Shown here piece after piece: positions 1 to 13,334 of a stretch of DNA of 64,000 nt. Source of the DNA: Nemertoderma westbladi (taxonomy: Eukaryota > Animalia > Xenacoelomorpha). The translations under genes were made by a program, and so were the position numbers. Positions within the stretch are counted from its first letter, which is position 1; every line of letters starts with the position of its first letter. The notes below the pieces were generated by a model. It saw only the letters and a program-made list of their open reading frames with translations. It was not told the origin of the DNA and ran no database searches. The DNA is taken from assembly GCA_032718475.1 (NCBI GenBank), contig JAUCBJ010003239.1, positions 46,859 through 110,858 of the forward strand. Direction: 5' to 3'.

Positions 1-376
1 ATACTTCAGGTTCTTACTGGAAAGTTAGGGTTACTTTCACAATTGCGACTCGCTACTGTAAACACACCTTAGTAGTAACATTCACCTACAAACGCACAAA
101 TTCCTCACAACTGCCATAACTGCACACATTCGGGCCATTTGTCAGTTAGTCAGTACCTTCCAGAATGTCACTGTGTTTATTATGTATCCTTGGATACTAG
201 CAGTGTGCTATTTATTCCGTATGCTATTCAATACGCAAGCCCTTTATTGTTCTTTTAACTCACTTCTAATTCTAGCGTGGTTGTTGCCATGGTGACATTA
301 TGGAAAGCTAGCGGTATAATTAGGGTAATTCTCATGCATACAGATCTGGGATGCTATTTAATAGTAATTCTTTAAT

Positions 377-1049
377 TGTGCAGCTAATTTTGCTGTACAT
401 TTTAATTTAAATGTTTTGGTTATGGGAATTTACTGTATGTAAAAATAAACCACCACGTTAGGATCTAACATGATGTCTGCATGTGCCTGACTTGTAATAT
501 TGTCACCGGTATTACTTACTTCTGTACGTGTAGTTTTTGCATGTGCATATACCCGTACCGATACTGCAGTACCTTACCGGCAGACCGGTACTACTGCACT
601 GCTGCATCATATAACTATATACAATAAACTCTCTCAACTGAAGTCTGTATGTAATAATGATACTGTGCTTACCGCCTGCCGATCCAATCACTTTAATGAT
701 TGAATTGATCAGTTGATTGTTGCTTATATCTTCTTGTTACCGACTACTTTATATCAATTGCTATTTAACTTTTGTTGTATTGCTGCTACCTACATGTTGA
801 TCCTACAGTTTGATATACTAATGTCTAAATGTAACTGATGCTGTAATGCACTAATGATTGTTTTGGCTTTGAGCCTCCCTATGTTAATGAATGAAGAATG
901 TTTAATTGATTGCTTATACTTTCCTTATAACCTACTTACTTTCTTATTGATTGTCAATTATTATTTTCTGGGATTGCGTTATACTTACTGCTTGCACCTA
1001 GCATCTACGTTTATAAATATTAGGGTCAAATACCCAAATTGCCTCCACA
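377..1049 (+). repeat. Bel1 5' LTR (673 bp)
   Basis: TGTGCAGC...CTCCACA, repeated at 6815-7487 with four substitutions seen by eye. Confidence 0.97.
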
Positions 1050-1066
1050 TTTTCTTCGAACCGGAT
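1050..1066 (+). promoter_or_regulatory. Degenerate primer-binding site, tRNA-Tyr-like
   Basis: TTTTCTTCGAACCGGAT directly after the LTR resembles TGGTCCTTCGAGCCGGAT (complement of the tRNA-Tyr 3' end) but lacks the TGG. Confidence 0.55.
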
Positions 1067-1365
1067 AACCGGATACCCGGCCTACTCTACCCTGGCCTAC
1101 ATACCACGGCCTACAATTTTTAATTATACAGTCCACGTTTACAAATTCGTTGCTTCTTCATTCTTACATTCAAAGAGAAACCGACATAAAACTGTAAAAG
1201 GAAATTCAAAGGTGCGTGTTCCTGTTGATATTACTGTACTTCCAGACTACAGCTAATGATATTGATTTTGTTGTCAATCTGTCAGTTTACAGTTCTTCTA
1301 GTGATTGTTGCTGAAATTCAAGCTGTCAAAAATCAGTAAATACGTAATACTGTAATATAAATACA

Positions 1366-4300
1366 ATGAATTCTGATCATGAATCCGAACCCATTGACGT
1401 TCAGATCGATATTTTAAAACAGAAACGCAGTACAGAACGTGCTACTGCTACAACTTTAGTAACACAACTTAAGAATTTCTTCGCAGCTGAGGAATCTAGT
1501 ATAGATTCTGATGATTTAGCTTATATTACTGAACTAGCTGGACGTCAGGTCCAACGTCTTAATAACCTACAATCGCAGTTAATAGATTTGGGCCATTCTG
1601 ACCCAGATAATAAAGCTGCAAATTATGAGCGTGAATTGGATAAAGTTTTATTTAAAGCTAACCGTGTCCTGTCACGATTAGATCGTCAGCCAGACAATCG
1701 TCTGGGGGATGCTGCATCTTCTACCACAAGTGAATCCAATAATGTTAGTGATCCAACTCGTGGACTGCCAAAAATTTCAGTCCCTCATTTCAGTGGGGAA
1801 TATCTGAATTGGCGATTTTTCTGGGACCAATTCCAGGCCTTGATCCATAACCGTGTAGGGCTTAGTGATATACAAAAATTTGTATATTTGAGAGATGCTC
1901 TACGTGGTGAAGCCTTAGATGCCCTATCGGGTCTTTCTGCCACTTCTTCGAATTATCAGTCTGCCATAAAGATACTTCAAAGACGGTATGGCAACCCTAA
2001 CATACTTATAGGCATATATGCTAATCAGCTTTGTCAACTCCCTCCAATTAAGGAGGGAAATATTCCATTGTTTCGCAAAACAATAAATATATTTGAGGGG
2101 TCATTACGAGAAATTCGTCAGCTGGCTGCTGAAATTGACCCAAATCTGGCTATTAAGGACAGTGAAACTGATCCAGCAAATACTTGAGCTACTGCACAAT
2201 CTCTGGATTTAACGTCATTACTGTTGGCACCTTTGTTATTGCAAAAGTTACCAGAGCAAGTAGTTCTTGTGTGGAATAGAAACCACTCAACAGATCGCTT
2301 TAATCTCAATCTTTTATTGGAATTTGTTATGCAGGAATTGGAATCTAGAGAGTCATTGGCATTTTCTGCTTCTTTAACTAAATCAGAACCTACAAAACCT
2401 AGTTTTAAAGGTGTTGATAATTATCCATATAAGCCAAAGACCAAACCCCTAGCTACATCTGCACTTCCAGTAGTTGAAAATCGGACAAATATTGTTTGTC
2501 CATTTTGTACTCAAATGCATACACTTCGAAATTGCCCTTCATTTCAAAGCAAGTCAATTGAGCAACGTATTGCCTTTCGCCGCAATTCCAATATGTGTTC
2601 AAACTGTTTAGGTCCTCATAAACTTAAGGACTGTCGTTCAAAAGGTTGCTGCTCAGCATGTGGTAGACGACATAACACATTGCTTTGCTTCAAGAAATAT
2701 GGAACTCCTTCCAAGGTTGCAACTGAACATCCTGTAGATCAGTTAACAAGTACCGATAAACATTGGAATGGTTCCATTTCCAAACAAAACCACCCTGCAG
2801 CAGCATCTCGGCCATCATCTGGGCAAACTTTTAAACCAAGTCTTTCCGCAACTCCTTGGGTCCCTGGAAGTGTAACTACTCCAAATGATACTTCTATGCC
2901 AATTGCTCCAATTAAACCTACTGCAGTAGAACAAAATAACTCTGTCTTTGTTAAGTTGGCCTTATCTGTCATTTCTTCACCAATGAGCCCTTCCACATGT
3001 GGTTATCAGATTTATGTCTATATGGATGATGGCTCCAAAAGAACGTATATTAAAAGTCAACTTGCCAATGACCTTAACCTGCCAATATATAATACACGTC
3101 AAATGTCTACTGGGTCATTTGCTAATACTGTGACTACACAAGAATCAAATTATGTTTCATTTAATTTATTCAGCCAGTTTTATGAAGAACCCATTGAGTT
3201 TTTTGCTTGGACAGCAAATGACTTATGTCCAGTAATACGCCAGGAGCGTATTGACCCTCTCCCTTCATTTCTTTCCCACCTTTCAAATTGGGCAGATATT
3301 TATGATGGAGGTGAGAGAACCATATCTATAATTATCGGAGCGGACCAGCTATGGAAGGTTACTGGCGATACCAATTATACCCATAATCCTTCACTTATTG
3401 ATACCTTCTTCGGGCATGTCCTTTTGGGTCCCTATAGAAATCCTTCCCTTTGTATACCTAATGAAGTATCACCTTCACTCTTTTTAACTGAACCTCTGGA
3501 TATTACCCAACTTTGGGATCTGGAAACTGTTGGTATACGAAAACATGAAGTTGACCATATTCCATATCCAACTCCTACAGTCTCAGAGGATTGTCCTCCT
3601 CATTATAGAGTTCGGTTACCATTCAAGGGTTTACAACGCCCTGTTTCCAATTACAATCGCATCTTTGCTCAACAGAAGCATTTTACTTCAAAACTAAACT
3701 CTGAGGAAAATGATGTCTATACATCCAAAATGTTAAAGCTCCTTGCTGATGACATAATTGAGCCTGTGACAACTTTCTATAACGTTGGTTTTTTTCTTCC
3801 AAATCATTTAGTGAAAAAATCCAATAAATATCGTGTGGTTTTTAATGGATCTGCTAAAGATACTTCAGGAGTCAGTCTTAATTCCTGCCTAGATCCTGGT
3901 CCGAACCTTCTTGCATCACTTGTTGATGTATTTCTAGGTTTTCGTCTTTATAAACATGTAGTTGTAGCTGACATAGAAGCTGCCTACCACCAAATCGAAC
4001 TTCACCCAGACGATCGAAAATGGGTAAAGTTTATATGGAATAATGTTTCATATCAGTTCAAGAGAACTCCTTTCGGAGTATCATCTAGCTCATTCCTTCT
4101 TAATTCAACCGTGCAGTTCCATGCTACTGCAACAGCTCCTCCAGCATTCGTTGTAGAGCTTTTAAAATCACTATATTGTGATGATGTGATACATAGTAAT
4201 TCTAATAAACAAAGAGCAATAGAGTTTTTACAATCAGCAATAAGTATCTTTAGTTTAGCAGGTATGAACCTTCGTCAAGTCTTAAAACCTTCCAAGATTT

Positions 4301-6771
4301 TGGGAGTTCCATGGAATATTGATACTGATGAGATTTATATAGACACTTCCAATGTATCAATTCCAATTCTGTTCACTCGTCGAGAACTACTGATATCGCA
4401 GGGTCAGATCTATGACCCTAATGGTCTTCTGTGCCCTTGGACAATACAATCCCGATTAATACTCCAGAAGTCATGGAAATACGGCAAAGGTTGGGATACA
4501 CCATTGCCAATTGAACTCCAACAGGAATGGCTTACATGGATAGCTAGTGCTAAAGTTCGAATATACTTTCCACGATGTGTCAACTATTCAGAAGAATGTC
4601 ATTTACATATATTCTGTGATGCATCCAGCGTAGCGTACGCATTTGTGGCATATATTGTACAGCCTGCATTTAATTCATCTACTTTGTTCTTTGCCAAAGC
4701 TCGAGCTGTTCCATTGAAGAAAACGCTTTCCATACCACGTAAAGAATTAGTAGCAACTCTTTTTGGAGCTCGTTTCTCAGATCACTGTCAGATAAATAAC
4801 CTGATTAACCCTAAGCGTGTAATACTATGGAGTGACTCCATGTGTGCGCTTGGATGGATTCGTAAAGGCCCATCTAAACGAGACGTCTTTGTATTAAACA
4901 GGGTGACTGAAATAAATAACATAACTGAAACCTACCAATGGAGATATGTACCCTCAGAATTAAATCCCGCTGATGTACCTTCCCGTGGGAGTAGTTTAAT
5001 AAACCTTCAGTCTAATTCTCTCTACCTAAATGGTCCAGAATTCATAAATGAACCTGAATCATCATGGCCAATTGAGCCAACACCACCTCCTCAACTACTG
5101 ACATTAGAAGTTCCAGATCCAATATCAGAATGGAATCTTCTAAGAATCAATGATTATTCCTTCCTAGACAAACCAGTTAGAGTTCTTGCATGGGTATCTC
5201 GTTTCTGCCATAATGCACGTCATTTTGACAAACTCACTGGTTCATTGAGTACTAAAGAAATTCAAAACTCACTCAGTCAACTAATCAAAGTTGAGCAATA
5301 CGTCCATTATCCAATGGAAATGCGACATCTTACAGTCAAACCAAACTCTCCAATTCCACGACATTCTTCTCTTTGCAACCTATGGCCAATTATACACCAA
5401 GGTTTGCTTGCAATGCAGCCAAGGACTGGTGAACACCCACTTCCTATTTTACCACGCCGTAGTTATCTTACTAAACTTATTGTTAGTCACTTTCATTGCG
5501 GACTTATGCACCAAGGTATTGAAGCCACATTGGCACAGGTCAGGAACCTGTACTGGGTACCACATGGTCGTTCTATAATACGTAAGATGGTTCATGAATG
5601 CCGCCCATGTCGTCGATATCGGACTCAGCCATATAATGTACCTGAGTCTGCCTTACAACCCTTCAGGAGTAAACCTCTTGTCCCCTTCACCGTCACAGGC
5701 ATAGACTTCTTTGGCCCTCTATTTACAAAAGATGGTTCCAAAGCCCAATGTCTCATATGCACTTGTGCATCGATCAGAGCCATCCACTTGGAACTTGTGA
5801 AGACTGCTGATACCAAGTCAACTCACCTTGCTCTTCGAAACTTCTTGGCCCGTCGTGTTCGTCCTTTCACTAATGTCGAATTTCGATCTGATAATGCCAA
5901 AGTTTTCCTTAAACTGTCAACTATGAAGTTCCCCAATTATGTTGTCACTTGGAAACTAATTCCAGCCCGTTCTCCTCATTGGGGTGGTTGGTGGGAAAGA
6001 CTAATAAAGTTGGTCAAAATGTGTCTTCGTATAACATTTCACCATAAAGTATTCACTTTTGAGGATTTATCTACTATATTGTGTGAAGCAGAAGCCGTAT
6101 TTAACCTACGCCCACTTACTGCCGCCTCAACAGATCCTGAGGATTGTGATGCTCTTACACCTAGTCATTTCCTTTATGGGAGTCCACCACCACTAGATCA
6201 ACAAATGGATGTTGCTGCTTCATCAACGTCCGGAGGTCTTCGTCGAAGCCTTCTGTCACGAGATCAGACTAGTCGAGTTCTTTGGAAAGCCTGGTCTCAA
6301 CGATACCTCGCATCTCTTCGTGTATGGCGTCATAAACAATGTATGAATCCATCTCATCAACCTTCAGTTAATGACCTTGTTCTCGTTAAGGAAACTGTTC
6401 CTCGTGGGCAATGGTCTCTAGCCCGAGTAGTTCATCCATTAGTAGGACGTTATGGGATATCACGAGCTGCGATCATCCTCAAGAACTCCAAACCTGGTTC
6501 TCCTGGTTTCTTAACTAAGAGAGCTGCCCATCTCCTTATTCCACTCGAGGCCAACCATTGCGATGAAATAATATATGATGGAATCGTTCACCGTGGGGGT
6601 GTAGCAAGTAAGTCCACACTCATACCTTCCTCCTCTGCCTCTACGTCAAATAAAATTGTTCTAAAGAAAAAGGTTGAAACTCCGAAATCAATTACAGATG
6701 TCAAACTAGTTAGCACCAAACCTTATAAGACATCTCATGGTCGACTAGTTCACCCTCCTAAAAGATACTGA
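1366..6771 (+). CDS. Bel1 gag-pol polyprotein (Gag, zinc knuckles, protease, RT, RNase H, integrase) with one in-frame TGA at 2185-2187
   Basis: ORFs 1366-2187 and 2224-6771 share a frame. Motifs: LPKISVPHFSGEYLNWRFFWDQF (Pao Gag), three Cys/His knuckles, MDDGS, LYCDD, HIFCDAS, NPADVPSRG, GIDFFGP, SDNA, GWWERL. Confidence 0.93.
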
Positions 6772-6814
6772 AAATGTTCATTGCAACAGAATGTTCCGTT
6801 GCAACGTGGGGGTG

Positions 6815-7487
6815 TGTGCAGCTAATTTTGCTGTACATTTTAATTTAAATGTTTTGGTTATGGGAATTTACTGTATGTAAAAATAAACCACCACGTTAGG
6901 ATCTAACATGATGTCTGCATGTGCCTGACTTGTAATATTGTTACCGGTATTACTTACTTCTGTACGTGTAGTTTTTGCATGTGCATATACCCGTACCGAT
7001 ACTGCAGTACCTTACCGGCAGACCGGTACTACTGCACTGCTGCATCATATAACTATATACAATAAACTCTCTCAACTGAAGTCTGTATGTAATAATGATA
7101 CTGTGCTTACCGCCTGCCGATCCAATCACTTTAATGATTGAATTGATCAGTTGATTGTTGCTTATATCTTCTTGTTACCGACTACTTTATATCAATTGCT
7201 ATTTAACTTTTGTTGTATTGCTGCTGCCTACATGTTGATCCTACAGTTTGATATACTAATGTCTAAATGTAACTGATGCTGTAATGCACTAATGATTGTT
7301 TTGGCTTTGAGCCTCCCTATGTTAATGAATTAAGAATGTTTAATTGATTGCTTATACTTTCCTTATAACCTACCTACTTTCTTATTGATTGTCAATTATT
7401 ATTTTCTGGGATTGCGTTATACTTACTGCTTGCACCTAGCATCTACGTTTATAAATATTAGGGTCAAATACCCAAATTGCCTCCACA
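6815..7487 (+). repeat. Bel1 3' LTR, preceded by a G-rich PPT (GTGGGGGTG, 6806-6814)
   Basis: Direct repeat of 377-1049 at offset 6438. Confidence 0.97.
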
Positions 7488-8536
7488 TTAATTGTCAATA
7501 TCCTCTCTATATATGATTTTATGAATTTTATCGGCTATTGACTATACATTGGAGATTCTCACACACAAATACACTTAATATAGTGAATCTCCGTTCCCGT
7601 GATCTATTAATTAATGGAATTTTGGGAATGTTATAAATTGTATAAAATGACAATTTATTAAATTCATTGAAATATCTGAATTTAAATTTATTCCCTTAAA
7701 TTTTATTATTTAATGTTAAATAGACACAATTTCATTCCAGAACGTGTCTGGGGACTTGGATCCTTGATTCTAGGAATTTTGTCCTTTTAAGAGTATCGGT
7801 AAGTGCTACGATATCTTAATCGACTAGAATTTTAAAGGATCTGATATTTGACAGATTTTTGTAAATATTAATAATTAATATTTAAGATGGGCACCAGTTT
7901 ATTCCAGAACTTGTCTGGGGACGTTAACCACTGATTCTAGAATTTTGTCTTTCAAGTGTATCGGTGGGTGTTAATCGACTAGAATTACAGATGGTCAAAG
8001 GGTTTAACAGATTTATTTTGCGTTATACGCTACTGTTAAAAGGACATCACGCTACTATATGTATTATTTAATATACGGTATGAGAGCAATATCGCACGAA
8101 GCAATGTCAGTATGAAGAGGCAAGTCGTTTCCAAGGTCTACCCAGAGCTTGGTTTAGCCGAGACACGAGGATCTGAACTTTGCATTCCTAATACTCTGCC
8201 TACCAATAATACTTGAATATAGTAGTGGCTTTATTGTACTTTAATAAGTACGGACATTTCATCTTACTGTAGTTACGTATTTGTAATGTGATACGGACAG
8301 TAAGGAAAGAGAAATTAATTATTTCTCGCCGTCGCACTAAATATATAATATATAAGTAATTAATTAATAAACGCGAATATATATTGCACTAATCTACTAA
8401 ATAATCGCTAAATAACATTCTACTAAATAAAATTAAAGAAAACGATTATAATAAAATTACATAATAATACATACATAATATAAAATAATAAAAATAAATA
8501 TAAAATAATATAGTCACACACCCACTCCGTATGTTG

Positions 8537-11500
8537 TTACGTTATGGAGTCCCTAGATATTTGTTGGATTAGGGAGGTGGTCGTGGGAAGAGTATCTTGC
8601 CTTCCATAGTTTCCGGACAGTTTTCGGTCTCTTTCCGGTAAACATAAACGACCAGCTGGGCGATTGAGTGGTTGTGTTACTTTCTCCGCTCCCTTGGCCT
8701 GTCTAATCTTCACCGGGGTAAGCTGAGGAGGCCATTCATCTTCTTTACTTAGGAAGTCGGGTCCACCTAACCGGTTTGGAGTATCTGTAAGTTCTTGAGG
8801 AGTTGCTCCTCTGGAAGCGATGTCGGCTAGATTGATCGTCTCGGGGCAATGTCTCCATTGATCTTCATTGGAGTTGATGTCGTCATTATCTGAGGAGTAT
8901 GGTGTTCCCTCAGTTGGGTCGTCAACTTCACTGCTCTCCACTTCCCGTTCACTTAATTGATATACCTGTTCTTTTGGTAATCTTTCCATAAGAGTTCTAC
9001 GAGAAGGGCCAGTAAAGTACCAACCTACTCTAGTTCTTCCCGCATAAACTTGTAGAGGTTGTGGTTGAGCAGGCCGTTTCTCCAATGTCTCGAGCGCTTC
9101 ATGCGCATTTTGACCGATGAGTATTTGGACTCCAGGGTAATCGGTGTTGAATCTAGGTATTTCAAACTGCTGGGTGAAATCGTCCTCATCCCAGTTATAA
9201 GGTTCCACTTGGGTGGTAGCGAAGTTCTTTATTGCCACCATTTTCACTGACCTTATGCTATGTTCTCCTAGTTCGTCCTGGGGGGTGGACAACGCACCTA
9301 CATAATAATCCGCTGTTACTGTAGATTTCCAAACCTGCATAATTCCTGACATGTTTAGCTTAGTTCGGAACTTGGGTTGTCCAGCAAATATGTCTTCGGC
9401 TAGCTCTTTGTCGATGAATGTTCCTGTACTACCGGAGTCAAGGAGGGCGTTCACTACATAACTCCTTTTTGGTCCGTGGACCCTTATCTGTACCACAGGA
9501 AATTCTCTAATCCCTACATTGGAAGTTGGCGCTTTCCAAGATGGTTGTCGATCAGAAGTAGTTAGAGTGAGGTCACTTTCTGTATCTTTTTCATAAGTGA
9601 GTGCTCGATACACTGCGGTATTTATCATGTAACAGGATTCGTTTTCGTCGGAGAACTCGTCCGTATAGAATCCTTCCATCTCAGATTGATCAGTGTCGTT
9701 CACATCACTGAATTGGACATGTAGTTCGGAATCACTCACCTGACTCGGACTATTTCGCTCGAATTCAGTGTGCAACAAGATATGATGTTTCGCACCGCAC
9801 TTTGCACACCTTGCGTCGGAGTAACAGGTTCGCCGTTGGTGTCCTCGTCTGAGGCAATTGTAACACAACCGCTTATCCCACATGACTTCACGTCTATCCT
9901 TTAGTGATTTCCTCAGGAATTCATCACACGCATTTAAACGGTGGGGCCCGTCGCACAGCACACATTTGGGATTGATGTTACTTACTTTAACATGTGCTGT
10001 GTGGTGCACGTTCGTTCTTTCCTCGGGATTTCTTACATGAATTCTCTTAGGAGACGTAGGAGGAGTTTTTCTTACCTGTTCTCTCCTGTCATTGGTTCGA
10101 GACTTGAATTTACTTACGTCCTTTAGGATTTTATTGTCATAGTAAGATCTTTCAGTGTCTTTTCCGCTGTCTTCCTCTTGAGAAGCCAGGCTTTCGCCGT
10201 CGTCTGTATAACAAACTGGTATTACCCTTCTCCGAGAAACGGGTTTCTCACTTACCTTGTTTTCCGGTGTCTTCTCTCTGGACTGCCTTAGGAGCTGTAA
10301 TTTCACTTCCCCATCTAAGAATGACATGAGATCAGCCATGGTAGGGTCTCGTCGTTGTTGTTCCATCATATATAACACTTTCTTGTCCCAGTGTGTACCT
10401 ACTCCACCCTTGGGCAAAGTAGATGCTAAGGCTCCTACAACCATAGAATTCTGGTATTCATGAGACTTACCTAGCCAATCTAATTGTCTACAGATCTCCT
10501 GAATCTCATCGGAAAACTCTATAATCCCGCTGCTAAGAAACTTTCGGGGCGCCATTAATTTTGCATACAAATACCTAGCTATGTTATTCCTATTACCATA
10601 CCTGATGTTTAGTGTATCCCAAACTTGTCTTAATCCGTCTGGATGTCCAATAAATTTTAACGCCATTAACTTGGGAGGTCCTTCCAAGCATTCGATGAGG
10701 TATCTGAGTTTCTCTCCGTTAGATAGCACAGAATTCTGTATGTTATCTTTGTAATATTCATTAAAAGGTAACCATTTCATCTCATCTCCATTGAACTTGA
10801 CGATCTCTCCAACCTTTACCGCTTGACGGGCTTCGGTTCTAGCCATTTGACGCGTAAAACTTTCTTGAGCCATCGTATTATTGAATATAGAATTATCGGT
10901 ATATAAATTTCTGGGATTATGATCAGGTCTATATGGAATATTATTATCAACAGGTTTATAATCACCCTGAATAGGGTTTACTATAGGAGTTTCTACTTCA
11001 CTAGCAGTATAGATGCGTGTAGGCTCCACACCTTGCACATGAGATACTTCAGACCTAACGGGTTGACACATTGTTACAGGGGGTGGTGGTATACCCTTTT
11101 GTAAATTGACTAATTTATCGCGTTCTAATGCGATACTTTGCTGCACTTCTTGCAACTCTAACCTACTTTCCCTTACTGTGCCCTTGAATTGCTGAACGGT
11201 CTCCTGCATCTGTCCGAGCAGGAGATCCATCCCCCGTCGTCTCTCATCCACCCATTCGACCGCCGAAGCGGGATTCGCCAACGTGGTAGCGGGCGGACGA
11301 GGGACAACGGGCGACAAATCATGAATATTTCGCTCGGAGTCCAGGACCTGAACTGTCTCATGGGCTGTTCTACTGGGCACAGGTAGCTTAGTGCTGTGCA
11401 GAGGGAATTTAGAGGTAGGTTCAGGGAGCACAGGTGTCTCTATCACCGAAGGGGTGATTTCCATAACAGGCCTAATTATTTCAGGCTCATCTACTATAGT

Positions 11501-13216
11501 AGGGAGTCTTTCTATTGTAATTATTTGGTCTGTGGGTTCTGTACTACCTAAGTTGGTGTTATTTAGTTGCCTTCTAACAGATGGAGGCAATTCAGGCAAT
11601 TTCTGACGGTGGGACATTCTTTTACGTCTGCTTAGGCGAGATCGATTTCCTCCGCCTTCAGGATCGGTAGTATCGCCTTCCTCAGATGATGTATACCCCT
11701 GTCTTTTGGGAGTAGATCGACTCATCATCTGCATATTACTAGCTGTTAACTGTTTATTGAAGTTGTCTTGCCTCTCTTGAAGATTTTCCAACTCTAGTTG
11801 GGTTGCCTCTTCAGATGCCCTCCGTTCTGCTTCTGCCACTGCCTCTGCTGTTGCCAGTGCCGCTTTTCTTTCCGCTTCGGCCTCTGCCACTGCCGATGCC
11901 GCTTTCCTTTCCGCTTCGGCCTCTGCTACTGCCACTGCCACTGCCACTGCCGCTTTTCTTTCCGCTTCTGCCGCTGCCACTGCTGCTGCCGCTTTTCTTT
12001 CCGCTTCTGCCTCTGCCACTGCTGCTGCCACTGCCGCTGTCTTTCTATCTTCTATACGTTTTTTCTTTACTTGTTCTTCTTGAACCTTAGCGATGCGGAT
12101 ACTTTCATCAAATTTAGCTTGGTTCGCAGCTATCCTATCCACATCTATTGCGTCCAATACACGCTGGGCTCCTTCACTATTAGGGCTAAGTCCATCTAAC
12201 CTTCTCCTCAACTCTTCATCTCCTAAAAAACGCTGATAGTCTGACAGATAGATGTCAATGGCATCCCTCTTATGCGGTTTCTCTGCCGTCGCTTCACATT
12301 CCACTTGGGAAAAAGTAGCGTCTGTTGATTCTCCATGGGTTGAGCGCTCCTCCAGCTGAGCTTTCCACTGAGCTGTTCCTTGAACCTGGAGACTCACCCG
12401 CTGAAACCAAGTCTTTACGGCAACTTGCAACGACGTGTCTTGTCTTCTTTTAGAAGCCTCTTCAAAGGCCGATAAGATTAGCCTGATTCGCAGAATTCTT
12501 TCTCTAACTTGATAAAGCAGTTGCCCCTGCTCTTGAGGTCCTTGTGGTTGTTGAAACAGTTGTTCTTTTAGTCGCTCCATAGAGCTGAAGAATCCCTGTG
12601 CATATCCGGCTGCGGACCTCTTCCACACAGCTGGATCGATGGTTTCCTTGGTTACTCCCATCCGGTGTATGTCTTCCCAGGCAGCTTCTGATAAATCAAA
12701 CGGGAGTCCGGGTCCGGGGAAGTTCCATTGCGACTCGACAATAGACTTCAGTTCTTCCCTTGTGTATCCCGCATAACTATCTTTAGTTGATCGCTGACTT
12801 CTCGCCCAATCGATCTGGTGTTCTTCCACCGCGATCAATATCCTAGTGAGTACGGCTGCAGGCAGGATGAGAAGGGGATCCGAATAAACCGCATCCGTCA
12901 TCTTTGCTCCGCGCTCGGGTGTCAGCTCTACAGTATCCTCACTACTGGAGCTGTCGGGCCGCTGAGAAATAAGTTCTTGGCTCGCGGGTTGTTGTTGTTC
13001 CGCTGCTTCTTGGTCCCGCTTGACCTGAGCTCGAGTGCCTATGATAGACCTACGATGTTGGACCAGCCTAGGTTCTGATATTACTACTGGAGGGATGACC
13101 TTCCTCACAGTGGGAGGTGAACTGAACTTAGGTGTAGACGGTTCTACACCCTTATCTGAGTCTCAGATAGTTACATCTAATAAACTGTCTGACAGGTTCT
13201 GCTTAGTATCAGACAT
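8537..13216 (-). CDS. Element A Gag-protease polyprotein lacking RT, most of RNase H and the integrase core; premature TGA at codon 18 (13163-13165)
   Basis: ATG at 13216 matches the start of the C ORF (MSDTxQNLSDSL). Motifs: KFNGDEMKW, three knuckles, LLDSGS. The sequence then jumps to DQWRHCPETINLADIASRG and on to the integrase tail LNRPAGRLCL when aligned to B. Confidence 0.88.
11815..12045 (-). repeat. Coding tandem repeat (AEAERKAA-type) in A Gag
   Basis: Repeated GCCACT/TTCCGCTTC units encoding AVAEAEAERKAA. Confidence 0.9.
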
Positions 13217-13334
13217 GTTTGTGTGCACAGTTGAATGCCTACTGCTATATTACAGTCTTAGCAAGTCTAGTAATTCAGTATTAACTGCTAGCCTAGTAAT
13301 TAATAACCGATACTGCTACTCAGTGTAGCGTGAT

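Larger units (their letters stand above)
377..7487 (+). mobile_element. Complete Bel/Pao LTR retrotransposon Bel1 (7111 bp)
   Basis: Direct LTRs 377-1049 and 6815-7487 (TG...CA). 5-bp TSD TTAAT at 372-376 and 7488-7492. The paralogous empty site in B (26819-26823) has a single copy. Confidence 0.97.

Noticed and set aside
500-1123. Small ORFs inside LTRs (500-703, 854-1123, 6938-7141, 14760-15002, 43605-43835, 50205-50474)
   Set aside because: They recur only because LTRs are duplicated. Several lack an ATG start, none has a recognisable motif, and 854-1123 is broken in the 3' LTR.
11798-12199. Cys-rich and Leu/Pro-rich ORFs here, and Ser/Arg or Phe-rich ORFs at 62417-63285
   Set aside because: They are antisense or shifted-frame shadows of coding tandem repeats.
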